Shown in pieces: positions 1 to 13,418 of a DNA stretch of 64,000 bases (the first letter of the stretch is position 1; the number at the start of each line of letters is the position of its first letter). Source of the stretch: the human T2T-CHM13v2.0 reference genome, Homo sapiens; NCBI RefSeq assembly GCF_009914755.1, contig NC_060941.1. One strand, 5' to 3'. Position numbers and translations under genes: made by a program. Below the pieces are notes generated by a model. The model was given only the letters and a program-made list of their open reading frames with translations, ran no database searches and was not told where the DNA came from.

Positions 1-906
1 ACATAAAATACTTTTATGATTTTTTTTCTTTAGAGAAGGTATTAGATAAGGTTGAAGTGCATTTCGATAAAACCTGAGCTATTTTATCTACAGAGTTCTT
101 GGGTCACATTTATTTTTCCTCTGTGAATGTTACTCAGTTTTCTTCTGATATTAATCCTTTAGATTTCCCAGGCCAGTCCCATTTCTCTTCCTTTTATTTA
201 CACAGTGGACAATTCTGGGCATTCCTAGAGTGCTAGAAGTTTGCAAACAGAACAGCAGCAATGATGGCTGGGTCATCACCCACATGGATCTTTTTGGCCC
301 ATAGAGTCTAAAATTTTAGACAGCTACATTTTTCAGCCTATGTGTTTGGAGAAATAGTATTTCCTTCCCTTTTATTCTTAAGTTTTATATTAAATTCTGA
401 ATGGCAAGGAGATTTCATCTAATCTTCCAAATTGGATAGATTGCTAATGGCTGCCTCTGGGACTGTGTAGAAGAATATAAAATTGACTTTTAGTTCTTTG
501 GGAAACAGTTCCATGATCAGTCACAGTAATATCTCTCATGCCCGCTGAGTATTTCCAAGTGTAAGTTAAGGAGAGATCTCCTCCTCAGTAGTTTTCCTGA
601 ATGTGGGTGATCCATTTCAACTTTCAGGTTCTTTTTTTCTTCAAGTCAGCCCTGCTATTATTCCTTTCATGATCAATTCTTTACATTGGTGTTCTTTCCT
701 TTGGAAATACAGAGTTTAAATACATCAAATGTCTATAATGTTCCTACTATTTCATTTTTTTCCTATTTTTATCTCTATCCCCTGCTTATGAGTTTTGGGA
801 AATATTTCCAAATTATCTTCTATATTCAATGAGTTTTCTTCTCATTGTAGCCATCCACTGCGATGACTTCTGTTTTGTTAGCTTGTTTGTTAATTAAATA
901 CTTTGT

Positions 907-1160
907 GTATTAGTCAGCAATGGCCGAAAATGCATGGTCCTCTCAAATTTGGCATGTTTAGGAACATTTAAAGAGGGACTATATACATAGATATGGGCTG
1001 TTTATAAGGATGCTACAAAGGAGAGTTGATCACTCTAGAACTACTGATACCAGAATGCTGTTCCCACCCCAAGCTTGAAATGAAGCATCAGTTCCCAAAA
1101 CCTTGTGAAAGGGACAGCCACGTGGAGTGGCCCACCTGATATTAACTAATAGTTAGGAGC
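907..1160 (-). mobile_element. Old ERVL-type LTR fragment (LTR41/LTR33-like)
   Basis: Starts TGTATTAGTCAG and continues ...tttaaagagggactatatacatagatatgggc..., resembling the reverse-complemented 3' end of LTR41-type LTRs; highly diverged. Confidence 0.45.
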
Positions 1161-1289
1161 AGCAGAAAGCCCTTATCAACCCCACAGGGAGACAGTCAGA
1201 GAATAATTCATACAAAAGTCATTTAGAATACAAATATAGTCTTCTCTATTTACCAAGGTAGTACAAAAAAATTTAAAAGGCAAAGAAAA

Positions 1290-1624
1290 CAGGCTAACAG
1301 TATGAAATAACTTTATATTAGCAAGTAATAAATAACAACACGGAATGGTAGAATTGAGACCAAACATATTAACCATCTTAGTAAATCCAAATGGATTTAC
1401 CTTGCTTACTAAGAGAAGATTGTCAGATTGGAGTATACAAATCAAAAACCAATTCTTTGCTGTGTATATGAGGCACAACTAAAATTAAAGTGATTCAGAA
1501 TGGCTAAAAATAAAAGGATACAAAAGCATACCAGGAAAATGCAATAAAAAGAAAGTAAGGTAAAGTTTCTGATATCAAGCAAGGTAGACTTTAGTCCAAT
1601 ACGCATTAAATAATACAAAGAAGG
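1290..1624 (+). mobile_element. Ancient L1M fragment (start of ORF2 endonuclease)
   Basis: agattgtcagattgga...tttgctgtgtatatgaggcacaactaaa...tctgatatcaagcaaggtagacttta matches the L1 EN N-terminal coding region; A-rich sense strand. Confidence 0.7.
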
Positions 1625-1625
1625 T

Positions 1626-1806
1626 AGGATTGCCAGATTTAGCAAATAAAAGTATTGAAATCTCAGTTAAATTTGAATTTCAGGCAACCAGGGAATATTT
1701 TAACGTATTAATACCCAAGCATCATTTGCTTCAATATACAAAAATTAGTGACTTTAGATAAAATTGAAATTTAACTGGGATTCATTTTTTTAATGTGACC
1801 ACCCTA
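1626..1806. mobile_element. MER53 palindromic DNA-transposon MITE
   Basis: TAGGATTGCCAGATTTAGCAAATAAAA...CAGTTAAATTTGAATTTCAG at left and GAAATTTAACTGGG...ACCCTA at right form the MER53 inverted structure. Confidence 0.8.
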
Positions 1807-4800
1807 TTCCTTTCCCACTAAATAACAATTATCCTGAGCAAGCAAAATCTATGGAACGTAATCGTAAAACAACTTTATTTTTGTCTCACTGGCCCTGTAA
1901 AGCTGCTGTTTTCTACCAGGTGTTACTCCTTGTCAATAACATTTCTAACTTCTCCAGGGTTGCAGCATGGGGAGGAAGGATTTGTAAGGAGAGAAGAAAG
2001 TTCTGACTTGATTCACAGTGTTGTGGTTATTCAGAATACCAATCTTCTTCAATATGTTCAAAACTCACCATTTCCTTTGACATTTATTTTATGGTTTCTT
2101 TGGAGACCCTCTTGCCATCTCTGGGGATGTCTGCCTTACAGTGTTGTTACAGGTGAAGACACCTCACTTTTTGCTGGATGTACCCTTTCCTAGCTTTGTA
2201 GAAATACAGCACTAACTTTGGGTTATCTTTGCTGATTTTGCCTTGTTGCTCTAGGTGACCATTTTGGATAGGACCCCATATAACCTTGCGTGCAAGGCTG
2301 ATGTGTGTTCACAGGAAGCACTGATACATTCTTTGCTCCTATTAATTTTGAAAGGCTAGCCCCTGCTACCGCCTCTCTTTCCCCAACCATCAAAATAACT
2401 CCTTAGCTCATTTCCAGTCCTTTGGATTTTCTAGGGAGAAACATACATTATCTTCTCTGTCTTATGTTGTAAGGGACACATATTATGCTCTCTGAGGCCA
2501 TAAGCTTCTAATTCTTTAGACTTCTTCTCTTGTATTTTGCCTATTAAAATATATTTAAAACATATGTAACATTTAAAAAAACCTGTACAAAACACTTCAA
2601 ATAAAATATATATTTTAGTAAATTAGAAGGAATGAAATGATACAACCTCAAATTACAAACTCGAAGATGTATACTTAATAGGTTGCAACATGGTTTTATA
2701 ATGTGACTCAATATTTCCAATCTTTTGAAAGACAGACATACAAAAGATCAAAGCATCCATTACAAAGTCTCAGCTTTCAAGTATTTTTTTGTTGGGAGTA
2801 AAAATGAGGTAAAGTGTTATGGGCTATTTTATAAATATTATTTTATTATGAATATTATATATATTATAGCAATATAAAAATACAAGGAGTATAGAAATAT
2901 ATATACATACATATATTTCTTGTAGTTTTATATTGCTATAAGAAACATAATATTCATAATTTATTCATAATAAAATATATACATACATATGTGAAAAATA
3001 TAGATAAGCAAAGCAGGAAAACAAAAATACACATACCCTCACCAGAGATAACATTTTAGCTTATATATTTCTATTATTTTTCTACATACAATTGTGTATA
3101 GGTTTTTATACAAAGGTATACATATAGTATACGTATTATGGCCTGCACTTTTTTCACTAAATTATATAGCATATTTCCCATTCCATTAAATATTCTTTTT
3201 CATCATATTACTATTGCAATATATAGCATCCTAAAATGTATTTGCTCATTCCCCTTTGTGGGGACATATTACAAATAATCCTGTAACATGTATCTTTTAT
3301 GTAAATTAATCATGCAGTTCATCTTTTGGTATAATCGTGTCCAATGCTTAGAAGTTTAAAAACTTCTGACACATATTGCCAAATGGTCTTCCATAAGGAT
3401 TATGCATAATTGCAGTACTCATCAGCAATTTATTTTTTGCTACACTACCACCAATGTTTGATATGCCTATAAAATAAAAATAAATATTCCTCATTTAATT
3501 TTCTTAATAACTGACTCTGTCTAAACACTTTTAAAACTGTTTTCAATGGCACTGGTCTAAAAAATAGAACTTATGTTTGCTTATAAGAGTTTGGGAAGTG
3601 CCCAGTATAACAAAGTGTTTTTTTACTACTAGGTTTGTCAGAGCTTTTAACAGGCTTAACATGCTAAAATAGATCATGACTCATCAAAGGAGGTCTATTG
3701 CATCTCCATTCCTAGTAGCCACTGAACTCCTTTATCTTGAAACCACAATCAACACATAGGTGAAAGCCTTAAAAAAACACACAAAATGCTGCTATGTTTA
3801 ATTATTAGTAAATATCAGATTTCAGATTCTCAACAGGCTTCTTTCTGATAACGGTGTTTTCTGTATTGGCACTTTGTGATTTTCTCAAAATTCAAGTTGA
3901 GAAACCTTATTTTTGGGATGAAAGTTTCCTGTCAAGATATTCATCATTGATCATTGTTCAAACTCTCTTTCCATTAGCTTTGTTTTTCATTTTTATTTTT
4001 GTTTCTTTATTATTTTTTTTAACAATTGCCTGGATTCTTAGAGTAGCTGGAGATCAGTCTGGTTGTGGAGGAAATAGGGGAAGAAAACCTAGGTTTTGCT
4101 AATTTATATGTTATTTGTATGTTTGGTTTTTGACTGGCTATATCATCATCCATGTTTGGCTTTAGTAAATATCAGTTTGGCTCTAAAGCATTTCTTGAGA
4201 ATATTCCCAGAAACTTTATTGTTAGGTAATTGCAAACCAAACTATAAGAAAAACATAGGTTTGCTTTTTAAAATACCTTTTCCATCTTTCAAATCTGCAG
4301 TTTTTCCTCACTGATGAAACTAAAGGACCTGGGCATTATTCAAAAAGCAATTTGCTATTATCTAAAATATTATTAGAGGAAATTGAGTAGTCATTTGGAC
4401 ACTCCCAGGATTTCAGTCTGGTTATAAAATTAAGATACACACTTAATGATGTTGTGTTTGGAATTCTTTTTAAGTTGCACATCATAAAAAGTATGCAAAA
4501 TAAAAGTTTAAAAATTCTAAAGTTCTGCTCTTTAACAGATTGTTGAACTTACAAGTTTGACCAAACTAGGTATGAAACTCAAGTACCACTCACTTCTTGA
4601 AATAATGATACTTCTTCATACTCCACCTAGAAACAGGGCAAGACAGATAGAAACCATGCTGGATGAATACAAAAAGGTATCAGCATCCTTTTAAGTAAAA
4701 AAGTACAGAAAAACTACTGTTAAATTAAGAACCTCCAATGTCAACAATGAGGAAATATTTTTGGAAGGTAAGAAAACAAATTGGGAAAAGTCTGCTTTGG

Positions 4801-4911
4801 CTAATTAGTTTTATGGAAAGAAGCTACATTCTTTTTTCAGAAAAGCCATGAAACTTTCTGCATTTCTGTGAATCTTAGTAAGCATCAGATGCATGCTTAG
4901 GAAATAATTTA

Positions 4912-4954
4912 CAATTGCATGAGTCAATTGCATGACTCAATTGCATGAGTCAAT
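4912..4954. repeat. 13-bp tandem repeat (CAATTGCATGAST)x3 containing three AP-1 heptamers
   Basis: caattgcatgagt-caattgcatgact-caattgcatgagt-caat; TGAGTCA 4920-4926, TGACTCA 4933-4939, TGAGTCA 4946-4952. Confidence 0.95.
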
Positions 4955-5271
4955 GTTCATTCAGTCCAGTTAGCCCCATTTTGTTCTTTGTTTTTTCGTA
5001 AGTGTTACATATTTTTTGTTTCTCTCTGTTCTCTGTTAAGTATATATTTTCTAGTATACCATTTTTATTCCTTGTTCTTTACTATAATTTTTGAATTATG
5101 TTCTTAGTAGTTATTCTGGGAGTTAGAATTAACATTATTTTATAATAATCTAGTTCAGTTAAGTATAAATTTATTTTCCATAGTATGCACACTCTTTTCT
5201 ATGACTTCGTCTGCTTTATGTTATTGTCAAACCAATTGCATCTTTATATATTAACTCACCACAACTGTTTC

Positions 5272-6012
5272 ATTTTTTATTTATTTTTATCTTTAATTCT
5301 TTAAATTGACAGATAAAATGATATGTATTTACAATGTAAAACATGATGTTTTGAGGAAAATATACTTTGCAAAATGACTCACCCTAGGTAATTAACATAT
5401 GCATTACATCACATAGTTATCATTTTTGTGGTGAGAACTCTACACCCACACTCAGCATTTTTCAAGAATACAACATATTATTAACCACAGTCACCATATA
5501 GTACAATAGAGCTCTTGAAGTTATTACTCCTATCTAACTGAAATTTTGTATTCTTTGACCAATATCCCCCTAAACCTCTCTCTGTTAACCACCATTCTAC
5601 CCTCTACTTCTGTGAATTCAACATTTTTAGATTCCACGTATAAGTGAGATAACACAGTATTTGTCTTTCTGTTCCTGGCTTATTTCACTTAACATTGTGT
5701 CTTTCAGGTTTAACCATGTTGTCACAAATGATATTATTTCCTTCTGTTTTAAGGCTGAATATTATTTTATTGCATAAATTAGGTTGGTGCAAAAGTTCTC
5801 TGGTCATGGCAAAAACCAAAATTGCTTTTGCACCAACTGAATATAAACTCCGTTTTTTAAATCCTTTCACTGATGGATAGACATTTAGGTTGATTCCATG
5901 TTTTGGCTATCATGAAAATGCTACAATGAACATGGGGATGCAGATAATATGTCTTTGGTACACTAATTTCATTGTTTCAAATATATACTAATTAGTGGAA
6001 TTCCTGGATTAT
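5272..6012 (-). mobile_element. L1MA (approx. L1MA8/9) 3' end, 5'-truncated, inside an older L1M fragment (approx. 5020-6050)
   Basis: T-rich tail then L1MA 3'UTR motifs (catttttgtggtgagaac, ttcaagaatacaac, ctaactgaaattttgta, tggcttatttcacttaacat). Confidence 0.8.
5779..5841. mobile_element. MADE1 mariner-derived MITE, internally damaged
   Basis: TTAGGTTGGTGCAAAAGT...ATGGCAAAAACCAAAATTGCTTTTGCACCAACTGAA; inverted termini of the Hsmar1/MADE1 type. Confidence 0.85.
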
Positions 6013-6498
6013 GATTACTGTTTTACGCTATTGTCTTTTAAATTAGTTAGTACAGAGATTTCAAGTTTGGAAGTTAACCGGAACCATTTTTCTAAGGGTA
6101 AATGTTTCAGCACGGGCCATAATAGCAGGCAATCTAGCACATTGCCTCCATTAAAGAAGCCTTGCCCAAAGGCAACCATTATAGTCTTTCTGGAGACCCA
6201 TTTTTTCGGGGAGCCAAGCAGGTCACACAAGTCTAGGAAATCAAAGGGAAATCACAGGCAGAGAACTACAGCTGGCTGGGTGAGCGTGACGAGCCCCAAA
6301 AGCTCAGTTTCTCTGGTGCCATGGCTTGGAGGGTCACACCTACAACCATGGGCGGCACATTTAACAGGATGCTGCAACCCAGGAACCAAGGAGGAAAAAC
6401 AATCCGGGGACACTCCTACTGTCTTCTTCTCCACCCTGGGTCACATACTGAAAGGAAGGCAACTAAAAGGATGCTTTTATTCTCACTTCTTTTTCTAG

Positions 6499-7715
6499 AT
6501 GAATAACAGATTGTCTTCAGCTTGCACCCCTCTGGAGTGCACTCTGAAACACTGGAACTTCTTTAACCTCAGGAGTTTGAAGATAAAAGTGACTCATTTT
6601 CTTTTACACAAGGGTATGGAATTTTTACTAAACCTTTGCAAGCATTGTAAGACCAGCTCTTTTATCAATCATATCAGGAAGGCCCAAAGATAATAATTCC
6701 TCCAAATTACAAAAGCAACCTCCATGGGAACCATCTGCAGCTCCTTATTTGGGGCCTCTTCAAGCTCCTTTCTCGTTTCAGGACCTTAGGCAAATAAAAG
6801 GAAACTTAGGCCAATTTTCTGACAACCCTGATAGATATATAGAAGCTTTCCAGAATTTAACTCAGGTGTTTCACCTCATGTGGAAGTATGTTATGCTGCT
6901 CCTGAACTAAATCCTAACAGCAACTGAAAAACAGAAAGATCTGCAGGCAGCAGACAACTCTGGAGATGAGCAACATATGTTCTATAATACACCAAAAGCA
7001 AGGAAATGTGACGGGGAATTGCAGAAACACCATTCCCAATTGAAAGAGAAGCAGTTGCTCTTGACAACCCTAATTGGGACCCCAGTAGCTCTGCAGATGA
7101 ATGGAAAAGAAAGCACGTTTTAATATGCGTTTTAGAGGGGCTACAAAGAACTAAGGCCAGACCTCTCAATTCTAAATTGAGTTGGTCTAATTCTAAATTT
7201 GGTTTGTCTATGATAAACCAAAAGCCAGAGAAGAATCCTGTAGCCTTTGTGGAAAGGCTGAGGGAGGCACTGATAGAGTACACCTCCTTAACCCCTGACT
7301 CAGTTGAGGGGCTGCTCATTCTAAAAGACAAGTTTATTACACAGGCAGCTTCTGATATTAGAAGGAAACTATAGAAGCAAGCTATAGGACCAGATAGTAC
7401 CTTAGAGAGCCTCCTGAGGGTGGCCACTTCAATCTTTTATAATAGGGACCAGGAGGAGGCCCAAAAGAGGGAATGCTCAGGAGAAGAACAAAGGCTATAG
7501 CAGCTGCTTTGCAGGCTTGCAAATTCCAGGATCCACTAGGTGCATCCGCTAGTTGCTATCCGTGTGACAAGCCAGGGCATTTTAAGAAGGAATGCCCAAA
7601 CAGCAAGAGGAAGCCACCTCAACCCTGTCCAGCCTATGGTGGAGGCCACCGGAAATCAAACTGCCCCCAGAGACAAAGTTCACTGTGTTTAGAACCAGTC
7701 TCACAGAGGGTCTGA
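6499..7715 (+). pseudogene. gag: ERV gag remnant (frameshifted, stops)
   Basis: MHR-like INQKPEKNPVAFVERLREAL (ORF 7177-7374); CCHC knuckle CYPCDKPGHFKKEC and a degenerate second knuckle CPAYGGGHRKSNC (ORF 7473-7715). Confidence 0.9.
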
Positions 7716-7759
7716 TGGGTCCTGGGGCTCAAACACTGGCTCCAGAGTAGCAAACTGCC

Positions 7760-9092
7760 ATTATAGCGCAAGAGCCCTGGGTGATTATGGAAATTAAAGG
7801 AAGGAAAGTAAACTACCTTCTAAACACTAGAGCCAGTCTCCCTCTTTTCTCTTGTCTAATCCAGGGCTCCCCTTTTCCCACAGCACAACCTTGTAAGGGG
7901 TATCTCAGGAAAAACTCTAATCCAATATTTTTCTAAACCTCTTAGTTGCAGTTAGGAGGACCTATTGTTTCCAAACCACTTCCACAATAGATTCACTGGT
8001 CAGAAAAGCCTCCAAATTAACTTTAACTCTTTACACCCCACATAATATGGCAAGATTACTGCCTTCTAGGGGGAGCTCTTAGCTAACAAACAGCCAGTAA
8101 AGCAAGAAATACATAAGGCAGGATAAACAGTAGTTACTCTAAATAACATCTCTCCCCACACACAAGTGCTCAATTAGCTGAACTAATAGCTCTTACCAGA
8201 GCACCGAAATTAAGCAAGGGAAAGGTAGCTAACACTTATACTAACTGGAAGTATGCTTTCTTAGCTCTCCATGCTCATGCTGCCATTTAGAAGGAAAGAC
8301 ATTTTCTTATCACTAATGAATCGCCTATAAAATATCATCAGGGAATTAACAGGTTATTATCTTCAGTTCTTCTTCCATGAGAAATACCAGGGATTCATTG
8401 TAAGGAACATCAAAAGGAAACAAAGTAACCAAAGGAAATAGGTTAGCTAATGAGGCAGCTAAGTCAAAGGCAAGGAAGCCTCAAGGCATTAACACACTTC
8501 AAGCCCCTTCTAATCTAGGAAAGCTCCATAAGAGAAATTTAATCTCAGTATTCCCCTGCAGAAATAGAATAGGCCACTTCTTGAGGGCGTTCTTTCCAGC
8601 CTCACGATGGCTTCAGTCAGGATGGCAAACTCCATTTGTCAGCCCCTAGGCAACGGAAAGTCCTTAAAATCCTTCACCAACCTTTTCACTTTGGAAAGGA
8701 TAAAACTTAGCAAAATGTTCAGAGATTGTTTTCAGGCAGAAAACCCCTAGTCGGTTAAGCATGTAACCTCACTAGCTCTCTTCCAACAGGAATTGACGCA
8801 ACTAGCAGAAATCCAACCCCAGGAAATAGGATCACCTCTATTTAACTCAGGACATTTGGTTTTAGTGTAAGCTCATCTCTCTCTTTCCTTCCTTACACCG
8901 GTGGGAAGGGCCCCACACTGTTCTTCTTTCAACACCCTCAGCAGTAAAAGTTACAGGTATCAACTCCTGAATACATCACACTCAAGTCAAAGCCCAAACA
9001 GCTGAGGGAGCAACCCCTGGCAGCCCAGAGGAATGTCCTGAATATCAACACGAAGAAATAGATTTTAAGCTGAAAATCATAAAAGATAAGTA
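7760..9092 (+). pseudogene. pol: ERV pro/pol remnant (protease start, RNase H, integrase C-terminus; RT core deleted)
   Basis: From 8162: TSAQLAELIALTRAPKLSKGKVANTYTNWKYAFLALHAHAAI* (RNase H); from 8899: RWEGPHTVLLSTPSAVKVTGINS*IHHTQVK (integrase GPY/F module); no YxDD region seen. Confidence 0.88.
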
Positions 9093-9999
9093 ACTGAGTG
9101 AGGGCTACTCATCTTAGTCCCACTCCTACCTCACCAGATACTTTTTATCATTTCTACGTTTTCCTCAGGAATTCACTGCCAAATATTATAACTTCTTTTT
9201 AATGCATATTTGCAGGGAGATTTTAATTATTCATAGAATTGCATTTGTACTTTTGTAGATCCCCCAAAGGGAAATGTTATATCTTGGCAAGTAAAGTTTT
9301 TAACGGAAATTATTTACTACATCTCTTGTGGGAATTGTTATAGTCATACTACTATTTACAATAGAACTATACACTGTGACACCTACAATGTGGATTTCTG
9401 GCTATAAAATTCTAATTGCTGTAATATTTTGCCTAATCATCATCCTTATAACAGAATTAATAACTACAGGAAAAATTTAGTCAAGGTTGTTTTGCTTATA
9501 GCATTGGTAATAGTTACAGATAAGAAGTAAGCATGAAAGTTTTACTATCATTAAGTTTGATAGGACTTTTTATTAAAGATTGGTAATATGGCTCACTCTA
9601 AGCTATGGAAAGAAGGTTATAAAGAAAGTGATTTTATATAAGGAAGGATCTTGTATGGCAAATTTTTGTCCTAGAAGGAAATGACTGGTTGTTTAAAGGA
9701 AGGATATTTAGAACAAGTTAGAAAATTTGCGTATGTTGTACGAAGGTCAGTGAAAAATAATGAAATAATTTAATAATTAAAGGAAAGGAATTGGCAAGAT
9801 TAACACTAAAGTTCTATTAGCCACCCAATGACATATTTCTCCCAATCATATTGCAAGTTATAAAAATCGCCTAAACCTAAAATTAAGGGGGAAATGTATG
9901 TTTTTCTCAAGGAAAATGTTGTTTATATTAACCTTTCTGGCAATGTACAGCGATATCTAGGGGGGGCAAACTGGTATTACAATCCGCTGGGATAACTAA

Positions 10000-10365
<366 letters not shown>

Positions 10366-10409
10366 TACCAGTGGTAATCTTAATGCTCATATTCTAACCC
10401 TATCTTTCA

Positions 10410-10472
10410 AACCTCCTTGTAAAATTTATCTCTTTTCACGTAGACGCAATCAAACTACAAATGGCACTGCAA
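10410..10472 (+). pseudogene. env: env transmembrane-subunit cytoplasmic tail remnant
   Basis: Translates NLLVKFISFHVDAIKLQMALQ, similar to the HERV-W/ERV9-type TM tail NLLVNFVSSRIEAVKLQM; lies just upstream of the PPT. Confidence 0.7.
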
Positions 10473-10640
10473 ACCATGCATGTACACGCAATTCTTCCCA
10501 GAATGCTTTATCAACTTCAAGAGGAGGCCCAACTGTTGTCCCCACCACACGATGCCTCTTTTCAACAGGAAGTAGCCAGAAAGAATCATCATCCAACACC
10601 CGCCTAACAGCAGTTAGGTTTATGTCTCCTGAGGGGGGAA

Positions 10641-10783
10641 ATAATACAGGAATTATTAAGAAATTATTTTAGGCAGCTAGAAAGGGTGAAAGTTCTCGGT
10701 GGAATTTTTCTTTTAATAAGAAGCAAACCCCAAACCCATTTTTTTCTCTAACAGAAAGTAACCTGAGAAGCTAAGCATAGATG
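10641..10783 (+). mobile_element. Truncated 3' LTR (LTR9/MER61-like U3 start)
   Basis: Follows the PPT; taatacaggaattattaagaaattattttaggcagctag matches the reverse complement of the 42.8-kb solo LTR start. Confidence 0.8.
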
Positions 10784-13304
10784 TAACTTCGTGTGAAAAT
10801 CAGTCTTAATCCTTTTAAGTATCTTATTTATACATGAAATTCACTTTCTGAAATTTTAGAAAGTTAAAATAGATTTTCTTGCTTTTCTAGTCTAGCACTA
10901 ACTCTTTCTGGTTCTGTGATTAGTTTAGAAATATTACCTTGAAATTCTGTAATCTGGTATTATTCTCTTTCTCTTATCTGTATATTCTTTGTTTTATGAG
11001 TTTCCTATATTTGTTTTCTAATATGTCTGCATCTTGCTAATTTATACTGCTCCCAACAACTTCTTCCCAATGAATAGGATATCTTTCTACTTAGTTTTGA
11101 AACCCCAAAGGGCCCAGACTCCTCCAGATCCTTCAGATTTTATTCTGGACCAGTTGCATTGACCCATGCATTAAAGTATGTAAAAACTGCTACCTAGGTT
11201 TACATGCTCTTCTGAATTGTCTCACTGTTCTTCCCATGAACTTCTGTTTGCTCTCTGGGGGATTCTCATCTTCTTGCATTCCTCAAATGCCCCATTGATT
11301 CCCTGAGATCACATGAGCACAAGCTGTCAGTGCTTTCTTCCAATTCACTTACAGTTTCTAGTTTGGGGGAAAAATTGTCACTTGAATGGTCTGTTTTAAG
11401 ATGCGGTCTATAAGTTTTAGGTTTTATTATTAGGGATAATCTGTCTTTCTTATGGAGAAGATTTGGAAATATTCCAAAATATTCTACAATCATCATCACT
11501 TTTACAAGATGTACTTGGCATATTGATTTTTTAATGAACTCTGTTCCTCTTAATGCTTTTTAGATATTGTTCCCATATTGTCCAGTTTTCAGAGTTATGT
11601 ATGGAGAGCCTGATGTCATTTTCCCTCTGTCTTAAACAGTTTTGTTTGTTTGTTCCTTTGTTTCTGCCTGTAAAATTTAGAATTTTTATTTTTGCCTTAA
11701 AGTAAAAATCTCACTTAACTTTTCTCTAAATGTACTTAGTCTCTTTTAATTCATAGTGGCTACTATTCATTGAATCTTTTGTCCCCCCACTCCTCTCAGG
11801 TAAAATTAAGTTCCATGTATTTAAGAAGAACCTAATAGAATAGAAAATAGCAAGACAATATCCAATAGAACTTACGTTAGCTCCCAATACTGCACAGACA
11901 TAAAACATGTGTACGAATGACAAAAATGTAAATCATTGGAATGTCTTAGCATCTTTCTTTTATCATTCTGCATAAATCTTGTGGTCATCAATTATTATTC
12001 TTTATTGCTTCTGTTTTTATCTGCTCTCTTCTCTAATTGTGCAATTCATTTTATACATATACTGCATCACCTGGCTCTTTCAGTTTCTTATCTCTTCCTT
12101 CATCTTCATTTTCATTTAAACCTATAAAAATATCTTGATCTGCTCTTCTAATGCAGTGTTTATTATTGTATTTTGCAGCAACCAATGTGTTACTTATTCT
12201 CTTCATCACATTTTTTATTCAGTAATAATCTTTCTTATTTAATATGGTTTACAGATTGGTTTATCTAACTCTTATTGCATTTATGATGGATTATTTTTTT
12301 ATATTTTTAACTTTCCTCTTTCTTATTATATGTCTCTTTCAAATGGGGCCATTTGCTCTGAATACTTTCCTGCCCTTTCTTTACTGAACTTAACAAATCC
12401 CTGTTATTCCTGGTCTGATTGTTTATTTGTAAAAGTTAGTTTATTTGGGAACTAAGATGGGTTGACTCAAATACTATATAGTTACCTGTTCAAAGTATTA
12501 AATTCTGTACAAAAGAAAACTAGAAGTTTTCTTAATTTTGCCAGTTCAGAAGGTTCACTTACATGAAACAAATACAAAGTAAGCTGAAATATTGTAGGGT
12601 AAAGTATTTCACTATCAAGGCTAAAGATTTTTCCTCTCAGCTTTTATCATTGTTCTATTTGTGTGGCTATGATTAACTGGGACATGACCCCACCTTCCCT
12701 AATTGTCAGAACTGCCCTCATTTGGAACTTGCTGTAGCTCCATTTCAATAAAGTATTTTCTAATCCAGGCATAGACTGAGCATGACCACACAGCATCTGA
12801 TGCACTTCCTTGTCATCACACATAGGATTGTACTTAGCTCCAGCAATTGCCTCATGACCTCCCAACCCATAGTTCTTGTTACATTTGAAAGCCTGTGGTA
12901 GCCTCAGCTGGAGAACAAGCCAGGGACCTAACTGAGTAGAATACTAATTACCTAAAGAAGCAGCTAATACTGGAAGATTCGATGCTAGGTAGAATATCTT
13001 TATTATGAGCTTTTGTGTGGCAGTCAAATTTAACAAGGGCTAGATTTCCTTCTGCAGCTGGCTAACTATCCTTTAAGGCAATACCTTGCCCTTTACTTAA
13101 TACACTGGTTCAGACAACTCCTAAATGAAAATCAGCATGTGCCACAGTCCAATGAATCTCCTGTAATAATCTGTAAATTTAAGACTTATTAGGTACTGGT
13201 ACACCATAATTTTTAAAAGCTCAGATTATAAACCCTAGCTATATGGTAGATTCCAGAAGCATTTTGTTTTTTGTTTTGATTTTGTTTGTTTGTTTTTGTT
13301 TTTC

Positions 13305-13418
13305 AAAGCTGATGTTCAGCTTCATGCCAGACTAATTAAAAAAAAAATCTATGGGATTGTTATATTTAAAATCTCCCCCCAGGTGATTTTAACCTGTAAC
13401 CAAGGCTAGGAATCACTG
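13305..13418. mobile_element. MER5A-like hAT fragment followed by a MIR relic
   Basis: ccccaggtgattttaacctgtaaccaaggctaggaatcactg matches the MER5A terminus. Confidence 0.55.

Noticed and set aside
5995-6498. 167-aa ORF on the + strand
   Set aside because: Spans the L1/ERV-leader junction, has a non-ATG start and no recognisable domain; chance ORF
6891-7427. 178-aa ORF, the longest in the window
   Set aside because: Antisense shadow of the gag remnant; no independent evidence
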